Made by a program: the position numbers and the translations under genes | Shown: piece by piece, positions 17,338-26,562 of the stretch | Layout: every line of letters starts with the position of its first letter | Position numbering within the stretch: the stretch's first letter is position 1 | The notes under the pieces: model-generated | Database searches by the model: none | What the model saw: only the letters and a program-made list of their open reading frames with translations | Told to the model about the DNA's origin: nothing | Origin: Chloroflexota bacterium | GTDB lineage: Bacteria > Chloroflexota > Limnocylindria > P2-11E | Reading direction: 5' to 3' | DNA: 64,000 bases | NCBI GenBank assembly: GCA_027310565.1 | Contig: DAIDAP010000032.1 | Coordinates: 51,611 to 115,610 of the forward strand

Positions 17338-18813
17338 ATGGCGACCACAGTGCGCACGGAGACCGCGGTCCCGACGGACCTGCGCGAATGGCTCCAGCGG
17401 GTCGACCGGCTCGGCGAGCTGCAGACGGTGACCGGCGCGACCGCCGAAGAGGACATCGGCATGGCGACCGAGCTCCTCGGGCGCACCCGCCCCTCCAAGG
17501 CGACGATCTTCGACGAGATCCCCGGCCACCGGAAGGGCTGGCGCGTGCTGTCGAACGCGCTCGGCTCGTTCGGGCGCGTCGCGGTGACGCTGGGGCTGCC
17601 GACGGACGCGTCGCCGCACGAGCTCGTCCGCCTCTGGCAGGAGCGCGTCCGGAAGGGCATCCCGACGATCGCGGCCGAGGTCGTGAAGGACGGCCCGGTC
17701 TTCGAGAACGTCATGCGCGGCGCCGAGGTCGACCTCCTGAAGTTCCCCGCGCCGAAGTGGCACGAGTTCGACGGCGGCCGGTATCTCGGCACCGGCAGCT
17801 TCGACGTGACCATGGACCCCGACGAGGGCTGGGTGAACCTCGGCACCTACCGGGTGATGGTCCAGAACAGGAACACGCTCGGCTTCTACATCTCGCCCGG
17901 CAAGCACGGGCGCCAGCACCGCGACAAGTGGTTCGCCAAGGGCGAGAAGATGCCGGTCGCGTTCGTCCCGGGCGGCGACCCGCTCCTGTTCCTCGCCGCG
18001 TGCACCGAGATCCCGTACGGGGTCAGCGAGTACGACTGGGCGGGCGGCGTGCGCGGCGTGCCGTACCGCGTGGTGAAGGGTCCGGTGACCGGCCTGCCCA
18101 TCCCCGCCGACGCGGAGATCGTCGTCGAGGGGTTCGCCGACGCGGCGGACAAGATGAGCGAGGGTCCCTTCGGCGAGTGGACCGGCTACTACGCCTCGGG
18201 CGAGCGCGAGGAGCCGGTCATGCGCGTCGAGGCGGTCTACCACCGCAACGACCCGATCGTCCTCGCGTCGCCGCCGAACGTGCCGCCCGACGAGCAGTCC
18301 TTCTACCGCGCGTTCATGCGCTCGGCGCGGCTGCGCGGCGACCTCGAGGCGGCGAGCATCCCCGGCATCGTCGGCGTGTGGTGCCACGAGGTCGGCGGTT
18401 CCCGCCTCTTCAACGCGATCTCCATCAGCCAGCGCTACGCGGGGCACGCGCGCCAGGTCGGACACGCCGCGGCGACCGTGCACACCGGGGCGTACCTCGG
18501 CCGCTACACGGTCGTCGTCGACGACGACATCGACGTGATGGACCTCGAGGAGGTCATGTGGGCGGTGTGCACGCGCTCGGACCCGGCCGAGTCGATCGAC
18601 ATCATCCCGCGCATGTGGTCGGGCCCCCTCGACCCGCGCATCCACCCCGACCGCAAGGGCCTCTCGTCGCGCGCGGTGATCGACGCGACACGGCCCTGGG
18701 AGTGGCGCGACCGCTTCCCGCGCTCGCAGCTGCCGACGCCGGAGACGAAGGCGAAGGCGCTCGCGAAGTGGGGCTGGCTCGTCGGCAAGGGAGAGCGTCC
18801 GAAGGGCCGCTAG
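17338..18813 (+). CDS. UbiD-family decarboxylase, canonical motifs (UbiD-2, 491 aa)
   Basis: AGGAGG RBS at 17325-17330. MSEGPFGEWTGYYAS motif. UbiD-like throughout. Confidence 0.85.
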   Translation: MATTVRTETAVPTDLREWLQRVDRLGELQTVTGATAEEDIGMATELLGRTRPSKATIFDEIPGHRKGWRVLSNALGSFGRVAVTLGLPTDASPHELVRLWQERVRKGIPTIAAEVVKDGPVFENVMRGAEVDLLKFPAPKWHEFDGGRYLGTGSFDVTMDPDEGWVNLGTYRVMVQNRNTLGFYISPGKHGRQHRDKWFAKGEKMPVAFVPGGDPLLFLAACTEIPYGVSEYDWAGGVRGVPYRVVKGPVTGLPIPADAEIVVEGFADAADKMSEGPFGEWTGYYASGEREEPVMRVEAVYHRNDPIVLASPPNVPPDEQSFYRAFMRSARLRGDLEAASIPGIVGVWCHEVGGSRLFNAISISQRYAGHARQVGHAAATVHTGAYLGRYTVVVDDDIDVMDLEEVMWAVCTRSDPAESIDIIPRMWSGPLDPRIHPDRKGLSSRAVIDATRPWEWRDRFPRSQLPTPETKAKALAKWGWLVGKGERPKGR

Positions 18814-19583
18814 GCCGAACCAGCTCCCGGGCGGCGGCGGGACGTGCGGCAGCCGGTCAAACACGCCCCACACCACTGCGAAGCAGAGAGCCGCGACACG
18901 CAGGTAGGCCACCGCCGCGAGCGGAATCGCGGCCTGGAAGCCGACCAGCCGCCCGCGACGTATCGACGTCGCGCGCGCCCGGACGCGGGGCGGGGCGTGC
19001 GGCCGCCCACGCCGCGTCGGTGATCGCGAAGGCCTGCTTGAGGACAGGCGATCTCGTCCACGGTCTTCGTCCTGGTCGCCTCGAGCATGAGCGACGCGCC
19101 ATCGACGGTCTTCAGGCCGGCGCCGGCGAGCGCCCGCTGCGCGCGCGCGTCGAACCCGGCGACGGCGAGCGGCTCCCCGCGCAGTCCGCGCGCGGCGAGC
19201 TGGTCGGCGATCCCCGTCGCGAAGAGCGCGGCCTCCGCGTCGCAGGCGTCGGGTCCCGCGCCGGGGAGCCACGCGCGCGCGAGGCGCCACTCACGGATCC
19301 AGGGGGCCTCCGCGGGGTAGTCGGCGAGCCACCCCGCGTGGTGGAACACGACCGGCTCGCCCTCGGCGAGGAAGAGCACGTACCAGAGCTGCGGCGCGAA
19401 CTCGGGTCCACGCAGCCCGGTGAGGTAGCGGGTGTTGTCCGCGCGCGCCGCCGGGAGCGCCGGGATGCCGCGCGCCCTCATGACCGCACGGGCCCTCTCG
19501 GCGCGCTCGCGGCGCAGGCGATCCACGTCGATGCGCCGCTGCCAGTCGGCCGTCGCGGTCCCGAAGGTGAGCCGCGGCGCCAT
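18814..19583 (-). pseudogene. M24-family (creatinase/Xaa-Pro peptidase-like) gene remnant: N-terminal domain, then a frameshift and truncation
   Basis: MAPRLTFGTATADWQRRIDVDRLRRERAERARAVMRARGIPAL...TKTVDEIA continues as LKQAFAITDAAWAA in another frame (ORF 18857..19102). There is no room for the catalytic pita-bread domain before the UbiD-2 stop. Confidence 0.55.
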
Positions 19584-19599
19584 CCTCACCACGCCGCGC

Positions 19600-20580
19600 T
19601 CACTCCGGGTAGACGACGGTGTCGTAGCCGAGGAGCTTGAACAGACGGTTCTGCCCGGAGAGCAGCCGCAGCGGCTCGCGGCCGGTGTTGACGTGCTGGT
19701 GCACGGTGTTCTGCGGGATGTAGACGACGTTCCCCTGCTCGAACTCCCAGGTCCCCGGCTCCTTCGCGACGTGCGCGTAGTAGCGGTCGGCGATCTCCGC
19801 GGCGACGTCCCACTGCCGGCTCTCGCCGCGGCCGGACTCGACGTACAGGACCTCGTCGGCCATGTGCCAGTGCTTGGCCGAGCGCGCGCCGGGCGCGATC
19901 TCCTGCTCGACGAGGTCGACGCTCGCGATGCGGATGTCCGGCTGCGCACCCGAGACGATGACGCGGACGCGCCCGTCGCGCGTGTCCTCCCACCTGGTCG
20001 CCGATCGCTTCACGACCTTGCGCTTCGCCGCGGCGCCGGGTGTCCAGAGCCGCGACCAGTCGGTGCGCGGCCCGTAGCGGTCGGCGTCCTCGAGCGGTCC
20101 GCTCCTCGCCTGCTGCCAGAGCCCGAGGAAGAGCCATAGCGCCTTGGCCTTGAAGATGATCCCGTGGACCTCGCGGGCCGCGTCGGTGTTGAAGTGCTGG
20201 TGCACGCTGTCGGCGTGCACGACCATCGCGTCGCCCGCCTCCCAGTCGTAGCGCTCGCCGTCGTGGATGTCGTAGCCCGTCCCGTCGAACACGTAGAAGA
20301 GCGCCTCGTTCTGGTGACCGTGCCCCTCGTTCTTGCCGCCGGGCGCGAGGTCGACGGTGTGGACCTGCAGGCTCTGCGTGTAGAAGGGGTCGTCCCCCGG
20401 ACCGACGAGCCACTCCGCCCACGACTCGGCGCCGATGCCCTCGTAGCCCGCGGTCGTCACGCCGTGTCCGACGACGAACCCCTCGCGCCTCACGCGCGGC
20501 GCGCCGTGCTGGAGCCTGCGCTGCTCCGCGAGGCCGTAGCGCTCGGACGTGAGGCCGCGCAGGAACACGCGCTCAGGCAT
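19600..20580 (-). CDS. Bicupin protein 3 (paralog of bicupin 2)
   Basis: Long runs shared with bicupin 2 (VFLRGL..YGL.EQR, GHGHQNEA.FY...GYxIHDGxRYxWE, HWHMADE..YV..G.G, IPQNTVHQH). Confidence 0.8.
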   Translation of the reverse strand: MPERVFLRGLTSERYGLAEQRRLQHGAPRVRREGFVVGHGVTTAGYEGIGAESWAEWLVGPGDDPFYTQSLQVHTVDLAPGGKNEGHGHQNEALFYVFDGTGYDIHDGERYDWEAGDAMVVHADSVHQHFNTDAAREVHGIIFKAKALWLFLGLWQQARSGPLEDADRYGPRTDWSRLWTPGAAAKRKVVKRSATRWEDTRDGRVRVIVSGAQPDIRIASVDLVEQEIAPGARSAKHWHMADEVLYVESGRGESRQWDVAAEIADRYYAHVAKEPGTWEFEQGNVVYIPQNTVHQHVNTGREPLRLLSGQNRLFKLLGYDTVVYPE

Positions 20581-20700
20581 GGATCACCCGCGCCGGATCG
20601 CCCGAGCGCTGCGGCGCAGGAAGACGCGGCCGTCGTCCGCCACTGCGCGAACCTCCCAGGGCCCCGCGGGCCCGGATCAGGGCCGGTGACAGCCCGGGCG

Positions 20701-20715
20701 AATGGTATAACAATT
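20701..20715. promoter_or_regulatory. Predicted GntR/FadR-type operator, site 5: AATGGTATAACAATT
   Basis: 11 of 12 arm positions match. Lies in the divergent gap between bicupin 3 and the ABC substrate-binding protein. Confidence 0.55.
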
Positions 20716-20762
20716 CGCGCATTCGTCCGTCCAGGGGCGACGGACGGGGATGGAGGCTACAG

Positions 20763-21872
20763 ATGAGCAGGGACCCACGCAAACTCGCCGTCGTGCTCGT
20801 CGCCATGGGCATCCTCGCGAGCGCCTGCGGCGGGGGCGCGGCGGCGCCGTCGGCGGCGCCGTCGGCCGCGCCGGCGACGAGCGCGGCTGCCACGACCGTC
20901 GCGCCGACCGCGAATCCGAACGAGCTCAGCGCGGACGTCATCAGCAAGGCCAAGGCCGAGGGCAAGGTCGTCCTCTACACCTCGCTGGAGACGACCGACG
21001 CCGAGACCGTCCTCAAAGACTTCGCGAAGGCGTACCCGGAGATCAAGGTCAACCTCAACCGCAAGTCGAGCTCGGCGATCCTCACGCAGTTCGCCACCGA
21101 GGCGAAGGCCGGCACGTACCTCGCCGACATCCTCGAGACCGGCGGGATCGATGTCGCGGGACCGATCAAGGACGGCTACACGCAGCCGTTCGCCGACAAG
21201 GTCCCCGCCGCGAAGGCGCTCCCCGCGGGCTTCGTCCAGCTGAACGGGCAGTTCGTGAACGCCCGCTCGGCGGTGGAGACTTTCGCCTGGAACACGACCC
21301 TGGTGAAGGCCGGCGAAGAACCGAAGAGCTGGCAGGACCTGCTCGACCCGAAGTGGAAAGGCCAGATCCTCGTCGAGGCGAGCGACTGGGACTTCATGCA
21401 GGGCCTCGCCAAGGGCCTCTTCAAGGGCGACGAGGCAAAGCTGCGCGACTACTTCACCAAGCTGGCGGCCAACAAGCCGTCGCTCATCGACGGACACAGC
21501 AACATGCTCGCCGCGCTCGAGGCCGGGCAAGCCAAGGTCGCGTTCGGCATCCGCGGCGACCAGGTGCAGGGCGACCTCGACGCGAAGAAGGTGCCGCTCG
21601 CCTGGAACAAGGACACCATCATGCTGCGGCTGCAGGGCCCGGTGATGGCCAAGGGCGCGCCGAACCCGAACGCGGCGCTCGTCTTCCTCCAGTGGTACCT
21701 GTCGAAGGACGGGGCCCAGAAGTCGCTCGCCGCCATCAAGCGCATCCCCGCGTACACGGCGCTCGCGGACCCGGTGTTCAAGTTCACCAACACGTTCACC
21801 TCGGGACCGGAAGACGCCCCGGAGCTGCCCAAGTACCAGGCGCTCTGGAACGAGCTCATCGCGAAGAAGTGA
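20763..21872 (+). CDS. ABC transporter substrate-binding lipoprotein (Fe3+/AfuA/PotD-type PBP2 fold)
   Basis: Lipobox LASAC and an Ala/Pro/Ser linker. GGAGG RBS. Confidence 0.8.
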   Translation: MSRDPRKLAVVLVAMGILASACGGGAAAPSAAPSAAPATSAAATTVAPTANPNELSADVISKAKAEGKVVLYTSLETTDAETVLKDFAKAYPEIKVNLNRKSSSAILTQFATEAKAGTYLADILETGGIDVAGPIKDGYTQPFADKVPAAKALPAGFVQLNGQFVNARSAVETFAWNTTLVKAGEEPKSWQDLLDPKWKGQILVEASDWDFMQGLAKGLFKGDEAKLRDYFTKLAANKPSLIDGHSNMLAALEAGQAKVAFGIRGDQVQGDLDAKKVPLAWNKDTIMLRLQGPVMAKGAPNPNAALVFLQWYLSKDGAQKSLAAIKRIPAYTALADPVFKFTNTFTSGPEDAPELPKYQALWNELIAKK

Positions 21873-21903
21873 TCGCGAGCCTGATCGCCCCGGCAGGGAC
21901 GAG

Positions 21904-23646
21904 GTGACGACGAAGGCGGTCGGTGTCGCCGCGGCGGGCGCGCGGGCGCGCGGCCTGCCGCGGCCCGACCGCGGCGTGCTCGTCGTCGTCGGGCTCGCGC
22001 TCGTCCTCCTCTACCTCATCGCCTACCCGTTGGCGATGCTCCTGCTCGGCAGCTTCGGCGTCGGCGGCGAGATCCTGAAGGGCTTCACGCTCCAGAACTA
22101 CGCCGACGCCTACGGCAACGCGCGCATCGTCCGGCTGTTCTTCAACTCCCTGGTCTACGCGCTCGGCGTCGCCCTCCTCGCGCTGACGCTGGGCACGGGC
22201 GCCGCCTGGATCGTCGAGCGCACCAACACGCCGTTCCGCAGGGTCTTCTTCGCGCTCGCGCTGGTGCCCATCATCCTGCCCGGCATCGTGAACACGATCG
22301 CCTGGGTGTTCCTGCTCAGCGGGCGCATCGGCCTACTGGCGCGCGGGATCGCGACGCTCTTCGGGCAGAGCGAGGCGCCCTTCACCGTGTTCTCGCTGTG
22401 GGGGATGATCTGGGTCGAGGGGCTCTACCTCTCGCCGCTCGTCTTCCTGCTCATGACCGCGGGCTTCAAGAGCATGGATCCGTCGCTCGAGGAGTCGGCG
22501 ATGACCAGCGGCAGCGGGACGCTCTCCACGCTGCGGCGAGTGACCCTGCCGCTGATGCTCCCGGCGCTGGCCTCGGTGACCCTCATCATCGCCGTGCGCG
22601 GCCTCGAGTCGTTCGAGGTCCCGCGGATCCTCGGCACCCCCGCCGGCATCCCCGTGTTCACCGGCGAGATCTACCGGGCGCTGCAGATCTACCCGCCGGA
22701 CTACGGGCTCTCCGGCGCGCTCTCGGTGACGCTCTTCCTGATCAGCGTCGCGGGCATCCTCTTCTACCAGCGGCTCACGCGGCAAGCTGAGCGCTTCGCG
22801 ACGGTGACCGGGAAGGCGTTCCGGCCGCGGCTCATCGACCTCGGCCGCTGGCGGTTCTTCACCGCCGGACTGCTGGTGGTCTACGTCCTGCTCATCGTCG
22901 TCCTGCCGTTCCTGGGGCTGCTCTTCGTCTCGGTGGTCCCCTACTACGCGCCGGACCTCACGCTGCTGAGCCAGGCGACGCTCGACAACTACCGTCAGGC
23001 GTTCGGCTGGACGGGGGTGCAGCGGAGCGCGACGAACAGCCTCATCCTCGCCACGATCTCGGCGACGCTGGTGACCGCCATCACCGCCGTCATCGCCTGG
23101 GTCATCACGCGCACGCGCATCCCGGGACGGCGCTTCCTCGACACCCTGGCGTTCATCCCGATCACCATCCCCGGCGTCGTGCTCGGCGTCGCGATGATCC
23201 TCCAGTACCTGTCGCCGGCGTTCCAGGTGATCCCGATCTACGGCACGCTCTGGATCCTCGTCATCGCCTACCTCATCCGGTACCTGCCCTACGGGATGCG
23301 CGCGAACAGCGCGTCGATCCTCCAGGTCCACCGGGAGCTCGAGGAGGCCGGACAGGCCGCGGGCGCGTCGTGGTGGACGACGTTCCGGCGGGTGACCATC
23401 CCGCTCCTCCGGCCGGCCCTCGTCGCGGCGTGGCTCTACGTCTTCATCGTGTCGGTCCGCGAGCTGGGCGCCTCCGTGCTGCTGGTGAATCAGGACACGA
23501 ACGTGCTCGCGGTCACCATCTTCGAGCAGTACGAGATCGGGCAGTTCAACCGGGTGGCGTCGATCTCGGTCATGCTCGTCGTCACGCTCGTCGTCGTCGT
23601 CACCATCGTGCAGCGCGTCTCCTCACGGTTCGGCGTCCGGGAGTAG
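21904..23646 (+). CDS. ABC transporter permease, duplicated (two MetI-like domains, FbpB/ThiP-type)
   Basis: 580 aa with about 12 TM segments and two EAA-like loops. Confidence 0.8.
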   Translation: MTTKAVGVAAAGARARGLPRPDRGVLVVVGLALVLLYLIAYPLAMLLLGSFGVGGEILKGFTLQNYADAYGNARIVRLFFNSLVYALGVALLALTLGTGAAWIVERTNTPFRRVFFALALVPIILPGIVNTIAWVFLLSGRIGLLARGIATLFGQSEAPFTVFSLWGMIWVEGLYLSPLVFLLMTAGFKSMDPSLEESAMTSGSGTLSTLRRVTLPLMLPALASVTLIIAVRGLESFEVPRILGTPAGIPVFTGEIYRALQIYPPDYGLSGALSVTLFLISVAGILFYQRLTRQAERFATVTGKAFRPRLIDLGRWRFFTAGLLVVYVLLIVVLPFLGLLFVSVVPYYAPDLTLLSQATLDNYRQAFGWTGVQRSATNSLILATISATLVTAITAVIAWVITRTRIPGRRFLDTLAFIPITIPGVVLGVAMILQYLSPAFQVIPIYGTLWILVIAYLIRYLPYGMRANSASILQVHRELEEAGQAAGASWWTTFRRVTIPLLRPALVAAWLYVFIVSVRELGASVLLVNQDTNVLAVTIFEQYEIGQFNRVASISVMLVVTLVVVVTIVQRVSSRFGVRE

Positions 23647-23655
23647 GAGGGAACC

Positions 23656-24771
23656 ATGCTCGTCGTCGAGGGCCTGCGCAAGAGCTACGAGAGCGGCCGC
23701 GGCAGCGTGAAGGCGGTGCAGGAGCTGTCGTTCACCGTGGAGGACGGCCGCTTCTACACCCTCCTCGGACCGTCCGGGTGCGGCAAGACGACGACGCTGC
23801 GCTGCATCGCCGGCCTCGAGCGCCCCGAGGGCGGGACGGTGAGGCTCGACGACACGGTGTTCTCGTCGAGCGGTCGCTTCATGCCGCCGCACCGGCGTGA
23901 CATCGGCATGGTCTTCCAGTCGTACGCGATCTGGCCGCACATGTCGGTGTTCCAGAACGTCGCGTTCCCGCTCGAGGTGGCCAGGCCGAAGCCGCCGCGC
24001 GAGCAGATCCGCAAGGCGGTGGAGGAGACGCTCGCGCTCGTCGGCCTCGAGGGGCTCGAGGATCGGCCCGCGCCGCAGCTCTCGGGCGGCCAGCAGCAGC
24101 GCCTGGCGCTCGCGCGCGCCCTGGTGCGGCGCCCCCGCCTGCTCCTGCTCGACGAGCCGCTCTCCAACCTCGACGCGAAGCTGCGCGAGCGGATGCGCAT
24201 CGAGCTGCGCGAGCTGCAGCGCCGCGTCGGCATCACCACCGTCTACGTCACCCACGACCAGGGCGAGGCGCTCTTCCTCTCCCACCGCATCGCGGTGATG
24301 CACGACGGACTGATCGCCCAGGAGGGCCCGCCGCGCGACATCTACGGCGCGCCTCGCTCCGGCTTCGTCGCCGACTTCGTCGGGACCGCGACCTTCATCG
24401 AGTGCGAGGTGGAGGCCGACGGCCTGCACACGCTCGGCGGCGTCGTGCGCTGCGGGCTTCCGGAGGACGTCCGCCAGGGCGACCGGGCGATCCTCGTGCT
24501 GCGCCCCGAGGACGTCATCGTGCGCGCCGAGCCGGCGCGCGCCGCCAACGAGTTCGCCGGCACCGTCCGGGTGGCCGCGTTCCTGGGCGACCACCTGGAC
24601 TGCGTCGTGGACGTCGCCGGCACCCGCATCCGCGCCCGCGCGCACCCGGCCACGCGGCTCGCCCGGGAGCAGCGCGTGTGGGCGGAGCTGCCCGCGGACC
24701 GCTGTGTCGTGATGCCGGACGACGGCTGGCGCCCGCGCGCGGCCGAGCACGACGACGACGGGGACGCCTGA
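23656..24771 (+). CDS. ABC transporter ATP-binding protein (PotA/FbpC-type with C-terminal TOBE-like domain)
   Basis: Walker A GPSGCGKTT, signature LSGGQQQR, Walker B LLLLDEP. AGGAGG RBS. Confidence 0.9.
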   Translation: MLVVEGLRKSYESGRGSVKAVQELSFTVEDGRFYTLLGPSGCGKTTTLRCIAGLERPEGGTVRLDDTVFSSSGRFMPPHRRDIGMVFQSYAIWPHMSVFQNVAFPLEVARPKPPREQIRKAVEETLALVGLEGLEDRPAPQLSGGQQQRLALARALVRRPRLLLLDEPLSNLDAKLRERMRIELRELQRRVGITTVYVTHDQGEALFLSHRIAVMHDGLIAQEGPPRDIYGAPRSGFVADFVGTATFIECEVEADGLHTLGGVVRCGLPEDVRQGDRAILVLRPEDVIVRAEPARAANEFAGTVRVAAFLGDHLDCVVDVAGTRIRARAHPATRLAREQRVWAELPADRCVVMPDDGWRPRAAEHDDDGDA

Positions 24772-24774
24772 GCG

Positions 24775-26532
24775 GTGACGAGGACGCAGCGGTACGGGTC
24801 CGACGTCATCGTCGACCTGCTCCAGGCGTTCGGCATCGAGTACGTCTCGCTCAACCCCGGCGCGACATACCGCGGGCTGCACGATTCGCTGGTGAACCAC
24901 GGAGGGGGCAGACCCGAGATCATCCTCTGCACGCACGAGAAGGTCGCCGTCTCGCTCGCGCACGGCTACGCGAAGACGACCGGCCGGCCGATGGGCACGA
25001 TCGTGCACGACGTCGTCGGGCTGCTCCACTCGAGCATGGGCATCTACTACGCGCATCTCGACCGCGTCCCGGTGATCGTCATGGGCGGCACCGGTCCGCT
25101 GGACCGCCGCCGCCGCCGTCCGGCGATCGACTGGATCCACACGGCGCAGGTGCAGGGCGAGGCCGTGCGCGACTACACGAAGTGGGACGACCAGCCCGCC
25201 ACGGCCGCGGACTTCCCCGCCTCGTTCGCGCGCGCGTACCGCATCGCGACGACCGAGCCCGCCGGCCCGGTCTACCTCTGCTACGACGCCGGCCTCCAGG
25301 AAGAAGAGCTGGCGGCGCCGGTCCCCATCGACGACGTCGTGGGCGGCGCCCGCCCGGCACCGGTCCAGGCCGATCCCCGCGCCCTCGCGCGCGCGGCCGA
25401 CCTCGTCGCGCGGGCGGAGCGGCCGGTCATCGTGACCGAGTTCACCGGCCGCCACCCGGAGGCCTTCGCCGAGCTCGTCGGTCTCGCCGAGGAGCTCGCC
25501 GCCGCGGTCGTCGACCTGCACGGGCGGGTGAACTTCCCCAGCCGGCACGAGCTGAACGTCTCGTTCGCTCAGAGCGAGACGCTCCGGGAGGCCGACCTCG
25601 TCCTCGCGGTCGACGTGGGCGACCTCCACCGCGCGCTGAACGAGCTGGACCGCGACAGCGCCGACCGCGCGAAGCGGCCGCGCATCGCGGCCGGGACGCC
25701 GATCGTGGACGTCGGGCTCTCGGAGCTGCGCATGAGCAGGTGGGCCGAGGACCTCGGCGACCTCCAGCCGGTCACGCTCTCGATCGTCGCCGACACGCGG
25801 CTCGCGCTGCCCGAGCTGCGCAAGCTCGTGCGCGAGCGCGCCGGCGGCCGCGACCGCTCGGCGCGGCGCCGGGAGGTGGCCGCGCGTCACGCCGAGATGG
25901 TCGCCGCCGCCGAGCGCGAGGCGCGCGCCGACTGGGGCGCGTCGCCGATGACCGCGCCGCGGCTCGCGTCGGAGATCTGGTCGGTGATCAGGAAGGACGA
26001 CTGGGTGCTCACCGCGAACACGCTGGAGGACTGGACGCTGCGGCTCTGGGACGTGGACGGGCCGAAGCGGCACCCCGGGCGCTCGTTCGGCACCGCGACG
26101 CAGATCGCGGTCTCGCTGGGCGTCGGGCTCGCGTACCGCGGCACCGACACGCTCGTGGTGGACGTGCAGCCCGACGGCGACCTCATGTACGACCCTGGCG
26201 CCCTGTGGACCGCCGCGTCGAGCCGCATCCCGCTCCTCGCCGTGATGTACAACAACCGCGCGTACTACAACGACTTCGAGCACCAGATCCGCGTCGCGCG
26301 GCACCGCGGCACGCCGGTGGAGAACGCGCGGGTCGGCCAGGAGATCGACGACCCCGCGCCCGACTTCGCCGCGATGGCCAGGAGCATGGGCTGGTACGCC
26401 GAGGGACCGATCACCGACCCCGACCAGGCCGGGCCGGCGATCGCGCGCGCCGCGGAGCACGTGCGCGAGAAGCGGATGCCGGCGCTGGTCGACACGATCG
26501 TGCGGCGCAGGACCCCGAGCCGCTTCCGGTAG
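24775..26532 (+). CDS. Thiamine-diphosphate-dependent enzyme (acetolactate synthase / benzoylformate decarboxylase superfamily)
   Basis: N-terminal PYR domain (GSDVIVDLLQAFGIEYVSLNPGA) and a C-terminal ThDP motif (QPDGDLMY...AVMYNNRAY). Confidence 0.8.
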   Translation: MTRTQRYGSDVIVDLLQAFGIEYVSLNPGATYRGLHDSLVNHGGGRPEIILCTHEKVAVSLAHGYAKTTGRPMGTIVHDVVGLLHSSMGIYYAHLDRVPVIVMGGTGPLDRRRRRPAIDWIHTAQVQGEAVRDYTKWDDQPATAADFPASFARAYRIATTEPAGPVYLCYDAGLQEEELAAPVPIDDVVGGARPAPVQADPRALARAADLVARAERPVIVTEFTGRHPEAFAELVGLAEELAAAVVDLHGRVNFPSRHELNVSFAQSETLREADLVLAVDVGDLHRALNELDRDSADRAKRPRIAAGTPIVDVGLSELRMSRWAEDLGDLQPVTLSIVADTRLALPELRKLVRERAGGRDRSARRREVAARHAEMVAAAEREARADWGASPMTAPRLASEIWSVIRKDDWVLTANTLEDWTLRLWDVDGPKRHPGRSFGTATQIAVSLGVGLAYRGTDTLVVDVQPDGDLMYDPGALWTAASSRIPLLAVMYNNRAYYNDFEHQIRVARHRGTPVENARVGQEIDDPAPDFAAMARSMGWYAEGPITDPDQAGPAIARAAEHVREKRMPALVDTIVRRRTPSRFR

Positions 26533-26562
26533 CTTCGCGAGGCGCCTGCCAGACTGACGCCG

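Noticed and set aside
20830-20890. An AAPSAAPSAAP-type repeat in the substrate-binding protein gene, considered as a possible tandem repeat or CRISPR-like signal.
   Set aside because: It is a short low-complexity Ala/Pro/Ser linker after the lipobox, which is common in actinobacterial lipoproteins. It has no spacer-repeat periodicity.
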